A stretch of 25,597 nucleotides of DNA from a virus (Duplodnaviria; Heunggongvirae; Uroviricota; Caudoviricetes), in IMG/VR virus record IMGVR_UViG_3300035208_001055, positions 120,494 to 146,090 of that record. One strand, 5' to 3'. The translations under genes were made by a program, and so were the position numbers. This document shows positions 24,372 through 25,597 of this stretch, in pieces. Under the pieces are notes generated by a model. That model worked only from the letters and a program-made list of their open reading frames with translations. It had not been told where the DNA came from and searched no databases. Each line of letters begins with the position of its first letter. Positions within the stretch are counted from its first letter, which is position 1.

Positions 24372-24420
24372 TTCGGCGGTAGTGAGTAGGCAACGGGAAA
24401 CAATTGGGAGGGTCATAACG

Positions 24421-24609
24421 ATGGTAGTGAGAATAGAGTTTGATACCGACAATGACGCATTTGTCGGTCGGCGCAAAGACGAGATTTGTAAGGTACTGCG
24501 CGATTGTATCAAAGGTGTCAAAGAGGGGAAACATAACAGGGATGGCGAATTTTCCTTACGTGACACTAACGGCAATCGTATCGGTTTTTTGATCTACACC
24601 GACAAGTAG
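24421..24609 (+). CDS. Conserved small phage protein (TDNxAF...DxNGNxxG motif)
   Basis: EFDTDNDAF...EICKVLR...LRDTNGNRIG; GGAGG SD. Confidence 0.75.
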   Translation: MVVRIEFDTDNDAFVGRRKDEICKVLRDCIKGVKEGKHNRDGEFSLRDTNGNRIGFLIYTDK

Positions 24610-24624
24610 GGAAGGGAGGGTTGT

Positions 24625-24987
24625 ATGCGACGTATCAAGATTTCCTATCAAACCGTTACACCCGAATCGGCCGAAGATGGCGATTATGCCGATCATGGGT
24701 GGATTGACGAGGATGGCGTTTGTATCGAACCTGACGATTGCGACGTAGAAGATTACGGTAGCGAATCTGACGCCGTTATCGCTCTTGCCGCGAAAACCAT
24801 TCGTGACGATTGTGGCGGAGTTGAGGCGAGTGATTATCCTAAGTGTTATCCGGGTCATACGTGGTATACCCAGATTGACGCCGACAAGGATTATTCTGAT
24901 GGTAGCGAAACCACCCGCTCTTACCATCTTGACGGATTTTCCGTTAGTGAAGAGTTGGGGATTTATGCCGAGTTGACCGGCAGATAG
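24625..24987 (+). CDS. Highly acidic small protein (DNA-mimic candidate)
   Basis: VTPESAEDGD motif; hand count 29 D/E vs 9 K/R in 120 aa; AAGGGAGGG SD. Confidence 0.75.
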   Translation: MRRIKISYQTVTPESAEDGDYADHGWIDEDGVCIEPDDCDVEDYGSESDAVIALAAKTIRDDCGGVEASDYPKCYPGHTWYTQIDADKDYSDGSETTRSYHLDGFSVSEELGIYAELTGR

Positions 24988-24997
24988 GGTTGCAACG

Positions 24998-25210
24998 ATG
25001 GTAGTGGCAAGGTGGGAAAGTAGCGGTGGTAAACATTGGGCCGAGTTGCACGATAATGGGGACGGTAGTTTCTCTTATCGTGGCAACGGTTGCGGGGGCT
25101 TTATGGGCGCAATGTCCCAAGCGCTTGCGATTGCCGAACTAGAGCGCAAAGTAGGGGATGGATACTTTCTGCCGGATGTAGCGAAAACTCCAATGAAAAG
25201 GGTCAAGTAG
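24998..25210 (+). CDS. Hypothetical early protein
   Basis: Tiles between neighbouring genes; 70 aa. Confidence 0.65.
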   Translation: MVVARWESSGGKHWAELHDNGDGSFSYRGNGCGGFMGAMSQALAIAELERKVGDGYFLPDVAKTPMKRVK

Positions 25211-25211
25211 T

Positions 25212-25532
25212 ATGGCAAAGGTTGAAACGGTTGAAACGGTTGCGACAATCAAGCGGAAAGCGCCTACTCGTGAGGCATTTGCTGGTTGTAGCACAAATGG
25301 TGTGAGTGTCGATTATTACGAAACTAAGGGTCATGCCGTTAGCGCGTTCAATGCCGTATTGGAACGTGATAACCTTTGTTTCGATCTTGACGATTGCGGG
25401 GAAATGGACGGCGATAGCGGCCGTAAGACAATCCCCGTTATTGACGAATACCACAATTGTGTGGCATTTGCCTATCTTTCGTGGTATCGTATGCCTAGCG
25501 GCCGTTACGAGGTAACGGGCTATCTTGGATAG
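25212..25532 (+). CDS. Conserved phage protein (LSWYRMPSGRYE motif)
   Basis: C-terminal LSWYRMPSGRYEVTGY recalled from phage hypotheticals. Confidence 0.75.
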   Translation: MAKVETVETVATIKRKAPTREAFAGCSTNGVSVDYYETKGHAVSAFNAVLERDNLCFDLDDCGEMDGDSGRKTIPVIDEYHNCVAFAYLSWYRMPSGRYEVTGYLG

Positions 25533-25541
25533 ACCACGGGC

Positions 25542-25597
25542 GCAACGGCGGGGCAACGGCGGGGCAACGGCGGGGCAACGGCGGGGCAACGGCGGGG
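25542..25597. repeat. 11-bp tandem repeat (GCAACGGCGGG) x5+, runs off window
   Basis: Five perfect units 25542-25596. Confidence 0.95.

Noticed and set aside
20424-25532. Alternative genetic code (TAG reassigned)
   Set aside because: TAGs fall at gene ends directly before SD sites, and standard-code ORFs tile both arms densely.
20379-25589. Minus-strand and alternate-frame ORFs on the right arm (e.g. 21454-21807, 22427-22888, 24039-24575, 25203-25589)
   Set aside because: They overlap better-supported plus-strand genes that have strong SDs.

Overview
The window looks like part of a large dsDNA bacteriophage genome (Caudoviricetes-like). The host is possibly a Planctomycete, but that is a weak inference. 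It is organised as two divergent arms around a ~3.5 kb control region (~16.8-20.4 kb). The left arm (minus strand, 16772->1) is a long, tightly coupled gene run with many ATGA-type overlaps, downstream of a near-consensus sigma70 promoter. It encodes small hypothetical proteins, three tandem HExxH metallopeptidase-like genes, DUF4326, a HicB-like protein, three KOW/SH3-like mini-proteins (one YodC-like), a serine recombinase, an FkbM methyltransferase, a TopoVI-A/Mini-A-like TOPRIM protein, a cyclophilin, a BCS1-like AAA ATPase, a UPF0489-like hydrolase, SprT, an apparently circularly permuted GHKL ATPase, an aberrant tRNA-like element abutting an ART-fold-like gene, a possible small terminase and a permuted papain-like amidase (partial). 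The right arm (plus strand, 20424->end) is a run of small genes with strong sigma70 promoters and strong Shine-Dalgarno sites, including two very acidic DNA-mimic candidates. From ~18.5 kb rightward the DNA is strongly depleted of CAG/CTG (about 5-fold in hand counts), which suggests a first-injected, restriction-motif-purged 'pre-early' region. The non-coding junction carries a palindrome array, long hairpins with strand-specific G-U evidence, and a dispersed ACCCGCGAG(GCGCAA) motif, and lies next to a gene with two degenerate GIY-YIG domains. All family assignments come from motif recognition by eye, not from database searches.
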